Notes: a model not told the origin generated them from the letters alone. A stretch of DNA of 64,000 bases from Comamonas sp. (GCA_031277805.1 JAITLR010000010.1:7256-71255); one strand, 5' to 3'. Shown: positions 19,625 to 29,113, counted from the stretch's first letter. Program-made: numbers and translations.

Positions 19625-20758
19625 ATGGGCAGTTCGACCAAGACCTATAGAGTCCTGATTCCCGTCACCGGTCTGGTGCTGGGCGCGCATGCCGTGGCGC
19701 TGCTGGGCCTGCCCTCACCATCAGAGCCCGCCCCACCGACACCAGCTCCGGTGGTCATGGATACACGCTTGGTGGAGCCAGCTGCGCCACCACCCCCACC
19801 TGCTCCTGCTCCTGCTCCAGCGCCCAAGCCAAGACCCAAGCCCAGGCCTGCTCCCGCACCCGCTCTCGCCATACCGGCCAAGCCTGCAACAGCAACGGAC
19901 GAGTCCATGGAAAATCCGGTGCAACCGGCGGATGGAGCTCCGCCACCTGCTCCTGAATCAGAAGCACCGGCATCTTCGCCCACTCCATCGCCTGCGCCAG
20001 CCCCGGAACTCCCTGCCGATCCGCCTGAAGCCAACGGTGCCGACACTGCACGCCCTCTGCAGATCAGACCAGGGGGCGGAGAGCCCCTGCCGCCCGGCAC
20101 GGTCCTGCCCGTGGCCCTGCCCGGCTCGGCCACACTGGAGTTCAATGCTTCGGGCCAGGTCAAAGGCTTTCACTACTCGGCCGGAGCCCAGCTGCAGTGG
20201 CAGCAGGACGGCCAGTACTACCAGGCACGCCAGTCCATCAGCATGTTTCTGATGGGCGAGCGTTCCCAGACCAGCGAGGGTCTGATCACGCCCCAGGGGC
20301 TGCAGCCGCTGAACTTTACCGACAAGGGCCGCAAAACCCAGTCCGCCCACTTTGACGTGGCAGGCGGCAAGAGTCACTACAGCGACGGCACGACCGATGC
20401 TGCCATCGCGGACGGCATCCAGGATCGCCTGAGCGTGTTCTTGCAACTCTCGGCCCTGATCGCCGGCGCGCCCGACCAGTACCCGCCCGGCACTCTGATC
20501 GAGCTGACCTCCAGCAGTGCCCGTGCCGCCGCACGCTGGCAGTTCCGCGTGGGGAGTAGCGAAACGCTGGAGCTGCCCATTGGCAGCGTCACCGCCCTGC
20601 GTCTGGACAAGCTGCCCGGCAAGAGCAGCGGCGATCAGCGCGGCTCCGTCTGGCTGGCGCAGGCCATGCAATATCTGCCGGTGCGCATCAAGCTGACGCA
20701 GGGAAATGACGACTTTGTCGATCTGCAGCTCAAGAAGTACCTGCCTGCACCGCAGTGA
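19625..20758 (+). CDS. DUF3108-like protein with an N-terminal TM segment and a Pro-rich linker
   Basis: Hydrophobic anchor, PAPAPAPKPRPKP tract, QDRLS and VWLA…YLPVRI motifs. Confidence 0.75.
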   Translation: MGSSTKTYRVLIPVTGLVLGAHAVALLGLPSPSEPAPPTPAPVVMDTRLVEPAAPPPPPAPAPAPAPKPRPKPRPAPAPALAIPAKPATATDESMENPVQPADGAPPPAPESEAPASSPTPSPAPAPELPADPPEANGADTARPLQIRPGGGEPLPPGTVLPVALPGSATLEFNASGQVKGFHYSAGAQLQWQQDGQYYQARQSISMFLMGERSQTSEGLITPQGLQPLNFTDKGRKTQSAHFDVAGGKSHYSDGTTDAAIADGIQDRLSVFLQLSALIAGAPDQYPPGTLIELTSSSARAAARWQFRVGSSETLELPIGSVTALRLDKLPGKSSGDQRGSVWLAQAMQYLPVRIKLTQGNDDFVDLQLKKYLPAPQ

Positions 20759-21025
20759 CGGCACAGCACAAACCCTGAGAAAAAACCATATCCCTCTGTA
20801 GCACAAGTGCTCACATACCACACAGATCCCGGCAGGCATGAGCTCCCGCCCCCCGGCGTTACGGCCTACTGCAGCTTCGGAAAGCCGATTCGTCGCAGGG
20901 TGCTCAAATCCATGGAATACTGTACTCAGATGCCCGGAGCAGGCGCTTCACCCTTGAAATGCTGCATCCAGCCTCCATCTCCCGATGGCAGGCATGCTCA
21001 TAACGGAAGTGAAAGGAGGAACACC

Positions 21026-21322
21026 ATGCAAATGCTTTACGACTCTGAATCCTTTGCGGTGCTCCATCTGCGACCAGACATGGAAGCAGACGCTCCGGCA
21101 GGCACCGCCGAGGCTGAGCCCCAAGCCCATCAGTTGCCCCGTCACGGTTTTGAGATCGTTGACAAGCGCTCTGGCAAAGAGGTCTATCTGGACGGTTCAT
21201 GGGCCGAGATGTTCCAGAAGCAAATCCTGGCCTGGCAACAGGACGCCCCTTCGGAAGAAGAGGTCGAGGAAACGCTGGACAAGTACACGGGGCTGGCCCA
21301 GCAGCCTGTCGTCATCCACTGA
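21026..21322 (+). CDS. DUF3567 (BTH_I0359-like) protein
   Basis: MQMLYDSESF…GFEIVDKRSGKEVYLDGSWA, preceded by a strong AGGAGG RBS. Confidence 0.85.
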   Translation: MQMLYDSESFAVLHLRPDMEADAPAGTAEAEPQAHQLPRHGFEIVDKRSGKEVYLDGSWAEMFQKQILAWQQDAPSEEEVEETLDKYTGLAQQPVVIH

Positions 21323-21342
21323 GCGTTGCGCTTGAATCTCCC

Positions 21343-21374
21343 AAAAGCCACTCAAGGAATTGAGTGGCTTTTTT
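21343..21374. terminator. Bidirectional terminator
   Basis: AAAAGCCACTCAA / TTGAGTGGCTTTT between convergent genes. Confidence 0.88.
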
Positions 21375-21407
21375 CATGCCCAGCCCATTGACCACAAGCG
21401 CCAGCAG

Positions 21408-21650
21408 CTATGGTTTCTTCAAAAACCGGGAGAGCACCAGCAGCAGCGCCCCTAGGACCATGGTCAACGCAAAACCCAGCGCCCACCCCGCAGCACCCAG
21501 ACTCAGCCAATAGCTCCAGTCAATGCCCAGCTCGGCGCAGTGAATCTCGCACTGGGAGTTTTCCTGCCAGGCTATCCACATCAGCGCGGCGCCCGGCACG
21601 GTCCCCAAAAGCAAGCTGAGCAATGCGCAGAACAACCAAGGCTTTTTCAT
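21408..21650 (-). CDS. Small 2-TM hypothetical protein
   Basis: 80 aa with two hydrophobic helices around ENSQCEIHC. ATGA overlap with the upstream gene. Confidence 0.6.
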   Translation of the reverse strand: MKKPWLFCALLSLLLGTVPGAALMWIAWQENSQCEIHCAELGIDWSYWLSLGAAGWALGFALTMVLGALLLVLSRFLKKP

Positions 21651-21943
21651 GATGCCTGCAGCAGCTTGACACTACCCACGGGATGCGGACCTTCCCAGAT
21701 AGTCCAAGAACCCCAAGACTGCAGTTGATCAATCTGCTGCGCAGAAGCCAGCACGGTTACGCTGACTCTGGCCTGCTCGCCAGGGGCGACCGAGGCGTCC
21801 ATGCTGAACTGCCCCATGAAGTACTCCCCCGTCAGCGGGTGTTTGTGATTGGGGCGATAGCCGCTGCCAGCGGCGCTCTTTCTGCCCAGCGCGACAGGCA
21901 GCAAAGCCAGCTCCACCTCGAATTGCGCAGTCTGATGTTTCAT
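21647..21943 (-). CDS. Stand-alone EF-Tu domain III-like beta-barrel protein
   Basis: FEVEL…GRKS…GYRP…V-PGE…IWEG…VG parallels EF-Tu domain III (FE-EVY…GGRHT…GYRPQ…VMPGD…IREGGRTVG). Confidence 0.6.
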   Translation of the reverse strand: MKHQTAQFEVELALLPVALGRKSAAGSGYRPNHKHPLTGEYFMGQFSMDASVAPGEQARVSVTVLASAQQIDQLQSWGSWTIWEGPHPVGSVKLLQAS

Positions 21944-21951
21944 GCCGGTGT

Positions 21952-23052
21952 TTATACCCGGGACCCATGCGCCCCAACGTAGAGCCACCGATACAGCGGT
22001 GCCACCAGCAGCAGCACGGCAATCAGACGGCAGACCTGGAAGGCCGTGACCACGGGCACGCCCAGCTGCAGCACCTTGGCGGTAATGGCCATTTCGGTGA
22101 TGCCACCCGGCGATGTTCCCAGCAGCAGCGTCACCCAGGGCAGGCCCGTGCCCCAGTGCAGCAGCCCGGCAAAGCCCGCGCAGATCAGCATCAGGCCCAC
22201 CGTACCCAAAGCCACCATGCCCAGCCAGCGCGGCGCGGTGTGCAGGAATTCACGGCGAAAGCGCACACCCAGGCTGGCACCGATCACCAGTTGCGCGGCA
22301 TTCATCAGCCATTGCGGCACTGCCGACAGCTCGATCCCCGCCATGGTCAGCCCCATGGAGACCATGAGCGCTCCCAGAAACCAGGGGTTGGCGCGTTTGA
22401 GCTTGAGCATCAGCAGCGCCCCTGAGCCCGTAGCCAGCACCAGCCAGGCCAGACCCGGCCATTGCACGACGCGGATGCCGGGTGCAATCAGGCCGGGGTC
22501 GCCATGCAGCCCGGCCCATTGCAGCGCAAACGGAATGGTCACGGTGACGATGACCAGACGCAGGCTGTGGCTGGCCGCCACCAGATCGGTACGCGCATGT
22601 TCGCGCTCAGCCAGCAGCGTCATCTCGGAGGCCGCGCCAATCGAACCCGAAAAATAGGTGGTGGCGCGCAGCCGCACCTCCGTCATGCCCGACAGCTGCA
22701 GCATGCTGGGTGCCTGTACCCGGTACAGCCAGCGACCAAAGGCCCAGCCCAGAAGCAGCGCCCAGGCAATGGCCAGCACAATTGCCCACCACAGACCCGC
22801 CACCAGTGCGGTTACGGCGGGGGTGAAATACAGGCCCAGAGCGCCGCCAATCGTCCATTGCCCCAAATTGCGCAGCTTGCTCCAGCTTTGTGTAGGCGCC
22901 CCGGCAATCGACACCAGGGACACCGAAATCAGCGGCCCCAGCATCCAGGGCAGCGGCGTGTGCAGCGTCAGGCACAGCTGTGCCGACAGCCAGGCCAGCA
23001 GCAAGGTGACGGCCACCTGGGCCAGAAAGCGGGGGAAGGGCAAGACAGACAT
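21952..23052 (-). CDS. AbrB family membrane protein (putative ammonia monooxygenase-like)
   Basis: PLPWMLGP, GQWTIG, duplicated halves and PGGITEM motif; about 10 TM segments. Confidence 0.9.
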   Translation of the reverse strand: MSVLPFPRFLAQVAVTLLLAWLSAQLCLTLHTPLPWMLGPLISVSLVSIAGAPTQSWSKLRNLGQWTIGGALGLYFTPAVTALVAGLWWAIVLAIAWALLLGWAFGRWLYRVQAPSMLQLSGMTEVRLRATTYFSGSIGAASEMTLLAEREHARTDLVAASHSLRLVIVTVTIPFALQWAGLHGDPGLIAPGIRVVQWPGLAWLVLATGSGALLMLKLKRANPWFLGALMVSMGLTMAGIELSAVPQWLMNAAQLVIGASLGVRFRREFLHTAPRWLGMVALGTVGLMLICAGFAGLLHWGTGLPWVTLLLGTSPGGITEMAITAKVLQLGVPVVTAFQVCRLIAVLLLVAPLYRWLYVGAHGSRV

Positions 23053-23140
23053 GTGCACGGGGAACCGGCAAGGCACGACAATGGTGGATGCCGCAGTATC
23101 GTGGCAAATTCGGTGGGCAAAGCCGGTACGAAATCTACAC

Positions 23141-23220
23141 ACGACTTACGCAAATCAGATTCAGGCAAGAGCTTCGCCTCATGCCTGCAGTCCTTGGTAC
23201 ATCCTTCTTGCGCAAGTCCT
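23141..23220 (+). mobile_element. 80-bp MITE-like element, copy 1
   Basis: Ends ACGACTTACGCAA…TTGCGCAAGTCCT form imperfect inverted repeats. The interior matches the copies at 40731 and 48246. Confidence 0.65.
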
Positions 23221-23271
23221 GCTACAGCTACGAAGCCATGCCCCGTCTTTCAAGATTGGACTGGTCAAATT

Positions 23272-24186
23272 ATGTGGATTGCATCACAGGCATCTGTGCG
23301 CCTGACGCCTCATTCTTCGCGCACTGCGCTTTCTTTTCTGGCTGCGGCTGCCGCATTGCTTCTCGGCGGCTGCGCCCATCAGGCCAGCACGCTGACTTCC
23401 AGCGGTGAATGGCAGCAGACGCTGGCGCAGTGGAGTGACGCCCAGGTCATCGCTCTTGGCGAACAGCACGACCAGATGGCCCACCACCAGTGGGAAGCAC
23501 AAACCGTGCAATTGCTGGCAGCCGGGCAGCGCCTGAGCGCGCTGGTGATCGAGATGGCACCCGCCGGGGGCAGTACGGCCAGCCTGGCCACCACAGCGAC
23601 CGAAGAGCAGGTACAGCAGGCACTGCAGTGGCAAAGCGGCGCTGCTGGCGGCGGCTGGCCCTGGCAGGACTACGGTCCCATGGTGATGAACGCCGTGCGC
23701 GCCGGTGTGCCCGTGCTGGGCGGCAATCTGCCGCGCGCGCAGATGAAGCAGACCATGGGTCAGCCCCGTTATGACAGCCACTTGCCGGCCTCTGCCTGGC
23801 AGCTGCAGCTGGACGCCATCAAGGACGGACACTGCGGCTTGCTGCCCGAGTCCCAGTTCGCCCCCATGGCCCGCATCCAGCTGGCCCGTGATGAATCCAT
23901 GGCCAAGGTCACGGCCACCGCAGTGCAGCAATTGAGCCGGCCCGGCCAGTCCGTGCTGCTGGTCGCGGGACGCAGCCATGTGCGCAGCGATATCGGTGTT
24001 CCCACCTGGCTGCCCAAGGATTTAAAGCAAAAAGTAGCGATAGCCCAATCAGATCAAGCGCCAAAAGCTATCAATATGAAAGCAGACAAGCTGTTGACGC
24101 TGGTAGGCAATGCCTCACAGGATCAATGCACCCAGTTGCGCGAGCAGTGGAAAAGCCGCCCTGCGCCCAAACCTGCCGCCAACTGA
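23272..24186 (+). CDS. ChaN-family lipoprotein
   Basis: Lipobox LLGGC; LGEQHD, IEM, GHCG, QLARD and LVAGRSHVR motifs. The start may be GTG at about 23297. Confidence 0.85.
   Translation: MWIASQASVRLTPHSSRTALSFLAAAAALLLGGCAHQASTLTSSGEWQQTLAQWSDAQVIALGEQHDQMAHHQWEAQTVQLLAAGQRLSALVIEMAPAGGSTASLATTATEEQVQQALQWQSGAAGGGWPWQDYGPMVMNAVRAGVPVLGGNLPRAQMKQTMGQPRYDSHLPASAWQLQLDAIKDGHCGLLPESQFAPMARIQLARDESMAKVTATAVQQLSRPGQSVLLVAGRSHVRSDIGVPTWLPKDLKQKVAIAQSDQAPKAINMKADKLLTLVGNASQDQCTQLREQWKSRPAPKPAAN
24021..24084 (+). repeat. GCTATC-family repeat read in frame inside the ChaN CDS
   Basis: TTTAAAGCAAAAAGTAGCGATAGCCCAATCAGATCAAGCGCCAAAAGCTATCAATATGAAAGCA is an AT-rich island in a GC-rich gene. Confidence 0.65.
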
Positions 24187-24191
24187 TCCGC

Positions 24192-24503
24192 TCAGTCCAG
24201 CAGGCTCTTGTTCCTGAGGGCCTGCGTCAGCAACCGCGCCAGTTGCTCATCCGGCAGCTGGGCGGTGTAGTTCAGCGTATGAAACCAGGGATTGGGGTGC
24301 TCGGTCTCGAAATCGCAATCCAGCACGAGACGATAGCCGCTGAGCGAGGGCGGATGCTCCGCCAGATACTCGGCCAGCCAGTCCTGCACCCAGTCGCCGC
24401 AGTCATCGAAGTTGTCACCCCCGAACACGGCTTCCACCAGTCTTAGCGGCAGCTTGAAGGTAAAGCTCGGGGCCTGCTGGTAAGGCTGATAGGGCGGATG
24501 CAT
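24192..24503 (-). CDS. Small acidic hypothetical protein
   Basis: 103 aa ORF starting 3 bp after the GGDEF-EAL stop, with protein-like composition. Confidence 0.6.
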   Translation of the reverse strand: MHPPYQPYQQAPSFTFKLPLRLVEAVFGGDNFDDCGDWVQDWLAEYLAEHPPSLSGYRLVLDCDFETEHPNPWFHTLNYTAQLPDEQLARLLTQALRNKSLLD

Positions 24504-24506
24504 GGC

Positions 24507-27224
24507 CTACCCTCTCACACCATCATCGCCACCCAGGACGTCAACCAGGGACTGGCCAGCGCCTGCTTTTTCCAGCAGCTGCGCAAAGTCCTCTGCCGGC
24601 AAGGGGCGGCTGCAGAAATAGCCCTGAAAGAAGTCACAGCCTTTATCTTGCAGAAAAGACAGCTGCTCCTGCGTTTCCACGCCTTCGGCCAGCACCTTGA
24701 GTCCCATGGCATGGCCCAGAGCAATGACCGAGCTGCTGATGGCCATGTCATCCCCGCTATTGGGAATGTCGTGGATAAAGCCCCGGTCGATCTTGAGCAA
24801 ATCCAGCGGAAAACGCTTGAGGTGGGCCAGCGATGAATAGCCGGTACCAAAATCATCAATCGCCAGACGCAGGCCCAGATCGCGCAGTCGATTGAGCACG
24901 GCCAACGCTTCCTCGGGCTTTTCCGCCAGCGCGCTTTCGGTGATTTCCAGCTCCAGCAGATGCGCAGGAAAGCCTGAAGTCTCCAGCACCTGGGCCGTCT
25001 CGCCCGCGATATCGGTGAGCAGGAACTGATGCAGCGAAACATTCACTGCAATCGTCAGGTCCGGCAGCCCGGCCTCACGCCAGGCCTGGCCCTGACGGCA
25101 GGCTTCGCCCAGCACCCACAGGCCCAGCGGACCGATGACGCCCGAACTTTCTGCCACGGGAATGAATCGCGCCGGAGAGATCAAACCCACCTCGGGGTCG
25201 TGCCAGCGCAGCAAGGCTTCGGCTCCGGTAAGCCGTCCCGTACGCAGATCCACCTGCGGCTGATAGAACAGCCGCATATGGCCCAACGCCAGCGCCCTGC
25301 GCAGTCGCGCCTCCAGCGCCAGCCGTTCACGCGCGGCCTGGGTCATGTCTTCGTGGAAGAAGCACCAGGCATTGGAGCCCCGGTCCTTGGCGCCATAGAC
25401 AGCGGCATGTGCGCCCTGCATCAGATCCTCGGTGGCCAATGCGTGGTCGGGGTACAGGCAGATGCCCACACTCACGCTCACCACCACGGACAAGCCATCG
25501 GGGGTGATCCAGGCCTTGGCCGCTGCGGCCATCAGGCGCTCCGCGACTTCCACCGCCTCCTTCTCGCCGCTCAGATGCGGGGCCACCACACAGAGTTCGT
25601 CACCCGCCAGACGCCCGATGATGTCGCCGCAACGCAATGCGCCCTGCACCTGAGAGGCAATGTGCTTGAGCACCTCGTCGCCGACGGAGTGTCCATAACT
25701 GTCGTTCACGTCCTTGAAACGGTCGATATTGAGCAGCATCACTGCCAGCCCCCGCTGCTCGGCCTTGGCACGCTCGACCGCATCGCCCAACATGAGCGCA
25801 AATTGCGAACGGTTGGGCAGCCCCGTCAAGGCATCGCGATGGGCCAGAAATTCCAGCTGCTGCTCACGCGCCTTCTCGGCCGAGATATCGGTGAACATGC
25901 AGACGTAATGTGTGACCATGCCCGCAGCGTCCTTGACCGCACTCAGCGACATGCGCTCGGGAAAGATCTCGCCATTCTTGCGACGGTTCCAGATCTCACC
26001 TTGCCAGTGGCCCGTGGCATGCATGCTGGCCCACATGGCGTCGTAGAACTCCTTGTCATGGCGACCGGACTTGAACATGCGCGGCGTCTGACCCAGCATC
26101 TCCGCCTCGCTGAAACCCAGCAGGCGGGTGAATGAGGGGTTGACCGAGAGAATGCGGCTACGCGCATCAGTGACCACCACTCCCTCGATGGTGTTCTCCA
26201 CCACGGCAGCGGCCAGACGGCGACGCTCGTCAGCCTCTCGACTGGCCGTCTGATCGGTCAACAGGCCGGAGACGCGCAGCAAGCTGCCATCCACATCCCT
26301 GTGGGCCTGGCCACGGGCGCGGAACCAGCGATACAGGCCGTCAAAGCACAGCAGCCTGGCCGTCAGCGCCAATATGCTGCCCTGCTCCAGCGCCTGCCGG
26401 ATCTCGGAGCGCACCGCCTCCGCATCATCAGGGTGCAGGCGGGTGTAGAAATCAAAATCGTGGGTCAGATCCTGGCCCTTGTAATGCAGCAGTGCACTCA
26501 TGCCCGAGGACAGATTCAGCTTCTGCTGCACGGCGTCCCACTCCCAGACACCGCTGCCACTGCCTTCCAGCGCCATGCGCAACATGGTTTCGCTGCGGGT
26601 CAGTGCATTGCGGGCGCCGACCATCTCGCTCAGGTCCTGCAGCACGCAGACCAGAGCCACCGGCCCGCGCACACCCGAGGCAGCCACACGGCTGGTCGTG
26701 CACAGCACGGGCGTGACCTTGCCCGTAACCGCATGGGTGCAATGGCGCAGGGCCTGAAAATAATCCTGTCGGCCATCGAGCAATCGTCCGATCTGCTGCT
26801 CGACCTCCGCGCGGTCATCGGCCGGCACCAGACTGCGAAAGTCCTGCCCTGCCATGGATTCAACGCTGCAGCCCAGCCAGCCAGCCAGCTTGGCGTTGGC
26901 CCAGACAATCTCGGCACCGCCCACATGCACGCGCGCCATGCCTGCGGGCGCATGGCGCACCACCAGCTCCAGCTCCTGCGCCGTTTCCTGGCGTACCTGG
27001 TCGGCTCTGCTCTTGCGCGCGATCAGCCAGACTGCCACGGCCGACGACACCAGCAACCAAGCGACAAACAGGCCTATCTGCCAGCGTATCGACTGCCTGT
27101 GCGTCGATACATCAAAATAGTTGAGCACCCAGGCCTGCGCGCCCAACCACATCATCCCTGCGCACACGTAGAGAGTGACGAGCACCCAGGGTGTGACGCG
27201 AGAATGCCCCCCCACGCTTTTCAT
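24507..27224 (-). CDS. Membrane PAS-PAS-PAS-GGDEF-EAL protein
   Basis: Two TM segments, three PAS domains, DALTGLPNR, AGDEL (variant active site), EALLRW and DDFGTGYSSL. Confidence 0.93.
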   Translation of the reverse strand: MKSVGGHSRVTPWVLVTLYVCAGMMWLGAQAWVLNYFDVSTHRQSIRWQIGLFVAWLLVSSAVAVWLIARKSRADQVRQETAQELELVVRHAPAGMARVHVGGAEIVWANAKLAGWLGCSVESMAGQDFRSLVPADDRAEVEQQIGRLLDGRQDYFQALRHCTHAVTGKVTPVLCTTSRVAASGVRGPVALVCVLQDLSEMVGARNALTRSETMLRMALEGSGSGVWEWDAVQQKLNLSSGMSALLHYKGQDLTHDFDFYTRLHPDDAEAVRSEIRQALEQGSILALTARLLCFDGLYRWFRARGQAHRDVDGSLLRVSGLLTDQTASREADERRRLAAAVVENTIEGVVVTDARSRILSVNPSFTRLLGFSEAEMLGQTPRMFKSGRHDKEFYDAMWASMHATGHWQGEIWNRRKNGEIFPERMSLSAVKDAAGMVTHYVCMFTDISAEKAREQQLEFLAHRDALTGLPNRSQFALMLGDAVERAKAEQRGLAVMLLNIDRFKDVNDSYGHSVGDEVLKHIASQVQGALRCGDIIGRLAGDELCVVAPHLSGEKEAVEVAERLMAAAAKAWITPDGLSVVVSVSVGICLYPDHALATEDLMQGAHAAVYGAKDRGSNAWCFFHEDMTQAARERLALEARLRRALALGHMRLFYQPQVDLRTGRLTGAEALLRWHDPEVGLISPARFIPVAESSGVIGPLGLWVLGEACRQGQAWREAGLPDLTIAVNVSLHQFLLTDIAGETAQVLETSGFPAHLLELEITESALAEKPEEALAVLNRLRDLGLRLAIDDFGTGYSSLAHLKRFPLDLLKIDRGFIHDIPNSGDDMAISSSVIALGHAMGLKVLAEGVETQEQLSFLQDKGCDFFQGYFCSRPLPAEDFAQLLEKAGAGQSLVDVLGGDDGVRG

Positions 27225-27275
27225 GTATTTCCTTTGTCCGCAGGGTCGATGCCTTGCTGCGACAATCGCCCAGCT

Positions 27276-28124
27276 ATGACCCAAGCCTATATTTTGACTT
27301 TATCCTGCCCAGACCGTCTGGGCCTGGTGCATGCCGTTTCGGGCTTTTTGCTCGAACAAGGCGGCAATATCGAAGAAGCTGCGCAATACAACGACCCCGT
27401 CACCGGCCTGTTCTTCATGCGTGTGCAGTTTGCCTGCGACGACAAGGACGCCGCTTCTCTCAAGTCTTCCGTCGCTGAATTAGCTGATCAATATCAAATG
27501 CAGTGGAGTCTGCATTCCAAGGTCGAGCGCATGAAGACCGTGATCATGGTCAGCAAGGAAGGTCATTGCCTCAACGACCTGCTGTTCCGCTGGAAGTCCG
27601 GTCTGCTGCCCATCGAGATCAAGGCCATCATCAGCAATCACCGCGAGTTCTATCAACTGGCGGCCAGCTACAACATTCCCTTCCACCATATCCCCGTGAC
27701 TGCCGCGACCAAGGCCCAGGCCGAAGAGCGCCAGTACGAGATCATCCAGGAAGAAGGCGCCGAGCTGGTGGTGCTGGCCCGCTATATGCAGGTGCTGTCC
27801 AACGATCTGTGCAAGAAGCTGTCCGGCCGAGCCATCAACATCCACCACAGCTTCCTGCCCAGCTTCAAGGGTGCCAAGCCTTACTACCAGGCCCATGACC
27901 GCGGCGTGAAGCTGATCGGAGCCACCGCCCACTATGTGACGGCCGACCTGGACGAAGGCCCGATCATCGAGCAGGACGTGGCCCGCGCCGACCACACCGA
28001 CACCGTGGAAGACCTGACGGCCCGCGGCCGCGACACCGAGAGCCAGGTGCTGGCCCGCGCCGTGAAGTGGCATAGCGAACGCCGCGTGATCCTCAACGGT
28101 CACAAGACCGTGGTGTTCCGCTAA
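27276..28124 (+). CDS. purU: Formyltetrahydrofolate deformylase
   Basis: ACT domain LSCPDRLG; VSKEGHCL, LARYMQ, INIHHSFLP and LDEGPIIEQ motifs. Confidence 0.96.
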   Translation: MTQAYILTLSCPDRLGLVHAVSGFLLEQGGNIEEAAQYNDPVTGLFFMRVQFACDDKDAASLKSSVAELADQYQMQWSLHSKVERMKTVIMVSKEGHCLNDLLFRWKSGLLPIEIKAIISNHREFYQLAASYNIPFHHIPVTAATKAQAEERQYEIIQEEGAELVVLARYMQVLSNDLCKKLSGRAINIHHSFLPSFKGAKPYYQAHDRGVKLIGATAHYVTADLDEGPIIEQDVARADHTDTVEDLTARGRDTESQVLARAVKWHSERRVILNGHKTVVFR

Positions 28125-28148
28125 GTTCTCAGGCTTGGGACTTTCCGC

Positions 28149-29051
28149 ATGACCGGCAGCCACAGCGCCTGGACCAGTGTCACTGCCCGGCGGATTCCGC
28201 CAATTCAGTGCCTGCTTACCTTCGAGGCGCTGGCGCGGCTGCGCTCGGTCACGCAGACGGCCGAGGAGCTGTGCGTCACGCCCAGCGCCGTCAGCCACCG
28301 CGTCAAGCAGCTGGAGCAGATTCTGGGCACGCGCCTGTTTGGCCGGGCGGATTTTTCGCTGACCACGGACGGCAGCGCCTATCTGGCCCATGTGCGCGAA
28401 GGCCTGGGCGCGCTGCAGCGCTTTCCCGGCGCCTCTGCAGCTCCAGGGCGCAGGCGGCTGAAACTGGCCGTCACCCCGACATTTGCCCGAGTGATCCTGA
28501 TTCCGCGCCTGCGGCAGTTCACCGAGGCCTATCCCGAAATCGATATCGCATTGCAGGTTTCCATCCCGCTGCTGGATGTGATCGGCGAGGATGCCGACCT
28601 CATGGTGCGCTTTGGCGCCGGCCACTATGCCGATGTCGAGCATATCGAGCTGGCCCGCGACACCGTCACGCCCCTGGCATCGCCCAGCTTTGTGCGCGAG
28701 CACGGCCCGTTCGAGCGCCCCGAGGACCTCGAAGGCATGCCGCTGCTGCGCAGCCCGCTGGAGCCCTGGCGCACCTGGTTTGCCGCCACCGGCCTCGACA
28801 TGGCCGAGCCCAATGAAGGCTCGCAGTTCAACGATATCGGCCTGATGTGCGATGCGGCCTCAGCGGGCATGGGCATCGCCCTGGTGCGCCACAAGCTGGG
28901 CGCACCCTGGCTGGAGAACGGCACGCTGGTGCGTCTGTTCGACACCGATGCTCCCAGCCCTCACGCTCACTACCTGTGCTGGAAGACCGGCATCATGGAT
29001 CGCTGGGAATGCTCGGCATTTGCCGAATGGCTGCACAAGTCCATGAACTGA
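28149..29051 (+). CDS. LysR family regulator (GcvA-like)
   Basis: FEALARLRS…AEELCVTPSAVSHRVKQLE HTH followed by a substrate-binding domain. Confidence 0.92.
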   Translation: MTGSHSAWTSVTARRIPPIQCLLTFEALARLRSVTQTAEELCVTPSAVSHRVKQLEQILGTRLFGRADFSLTTDGSAYLAHVREGLGALQRFPGASAAPGRRRLKLAVTPTFARVILIPRLRQFTEAYPEIDIALQVSIPLLDVIGEDADLMVRFGAGHYADVEHIELARDTVTPLASPSFVREHGPFERPEDLEGMPLLRSPLEPWRTWFAATGLDMAEPNEGSQFNDIGLMCDAASAGMGIALVRHKLGAPWLENGTLVRLFDTDAPSPHAHYLCWKTGIMDRWECSAFAEWLHKSMN

Positions 29052-29113
29052 TTGCTTTCAAAAGCGCAGCTGCTTGCGCTTACCGGCAAAGGGTTTGAAG
29101 CCTTTTTCATGCA
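29052..29113 (-). repeat. GCTATC-family repeat
   Basis: Minus strand TGCATGAAAAAGGCTTCAAACCCTTTGCCGGTAAGCGCAAGCAGCTGCGCTTTTGAAAGCAA. Confidence 0.6.

Noticed and set aside
19780-19870. Short tandem repeats (cctgct)n and (cccaag)n
   Set aside because: They simply encode the Pro-Ala/Pro-Lys linker; imperfect, and neither a CRISPR nor a clear contingency locus.
22462-23271. N-terminal extension of the 574-aa ORF (apparent fusion to ChaN)
   Set aside because: It overlaps abrB antisense and runs through the MITE; the lipobox places the real start near 23272-23297.
26301-27275. N-terminal extension of the 607-aa ORF containing PurU
   Set aside because: Antisense to the GGDEF-EAL gene; PurU homology begins at MTQAY (27276).
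27470-27505. AT-rich patch inside purU resembling the GCTATC repeat
   Set aside because: It lacks the AGCGC…GCTATC core; too weak to call.
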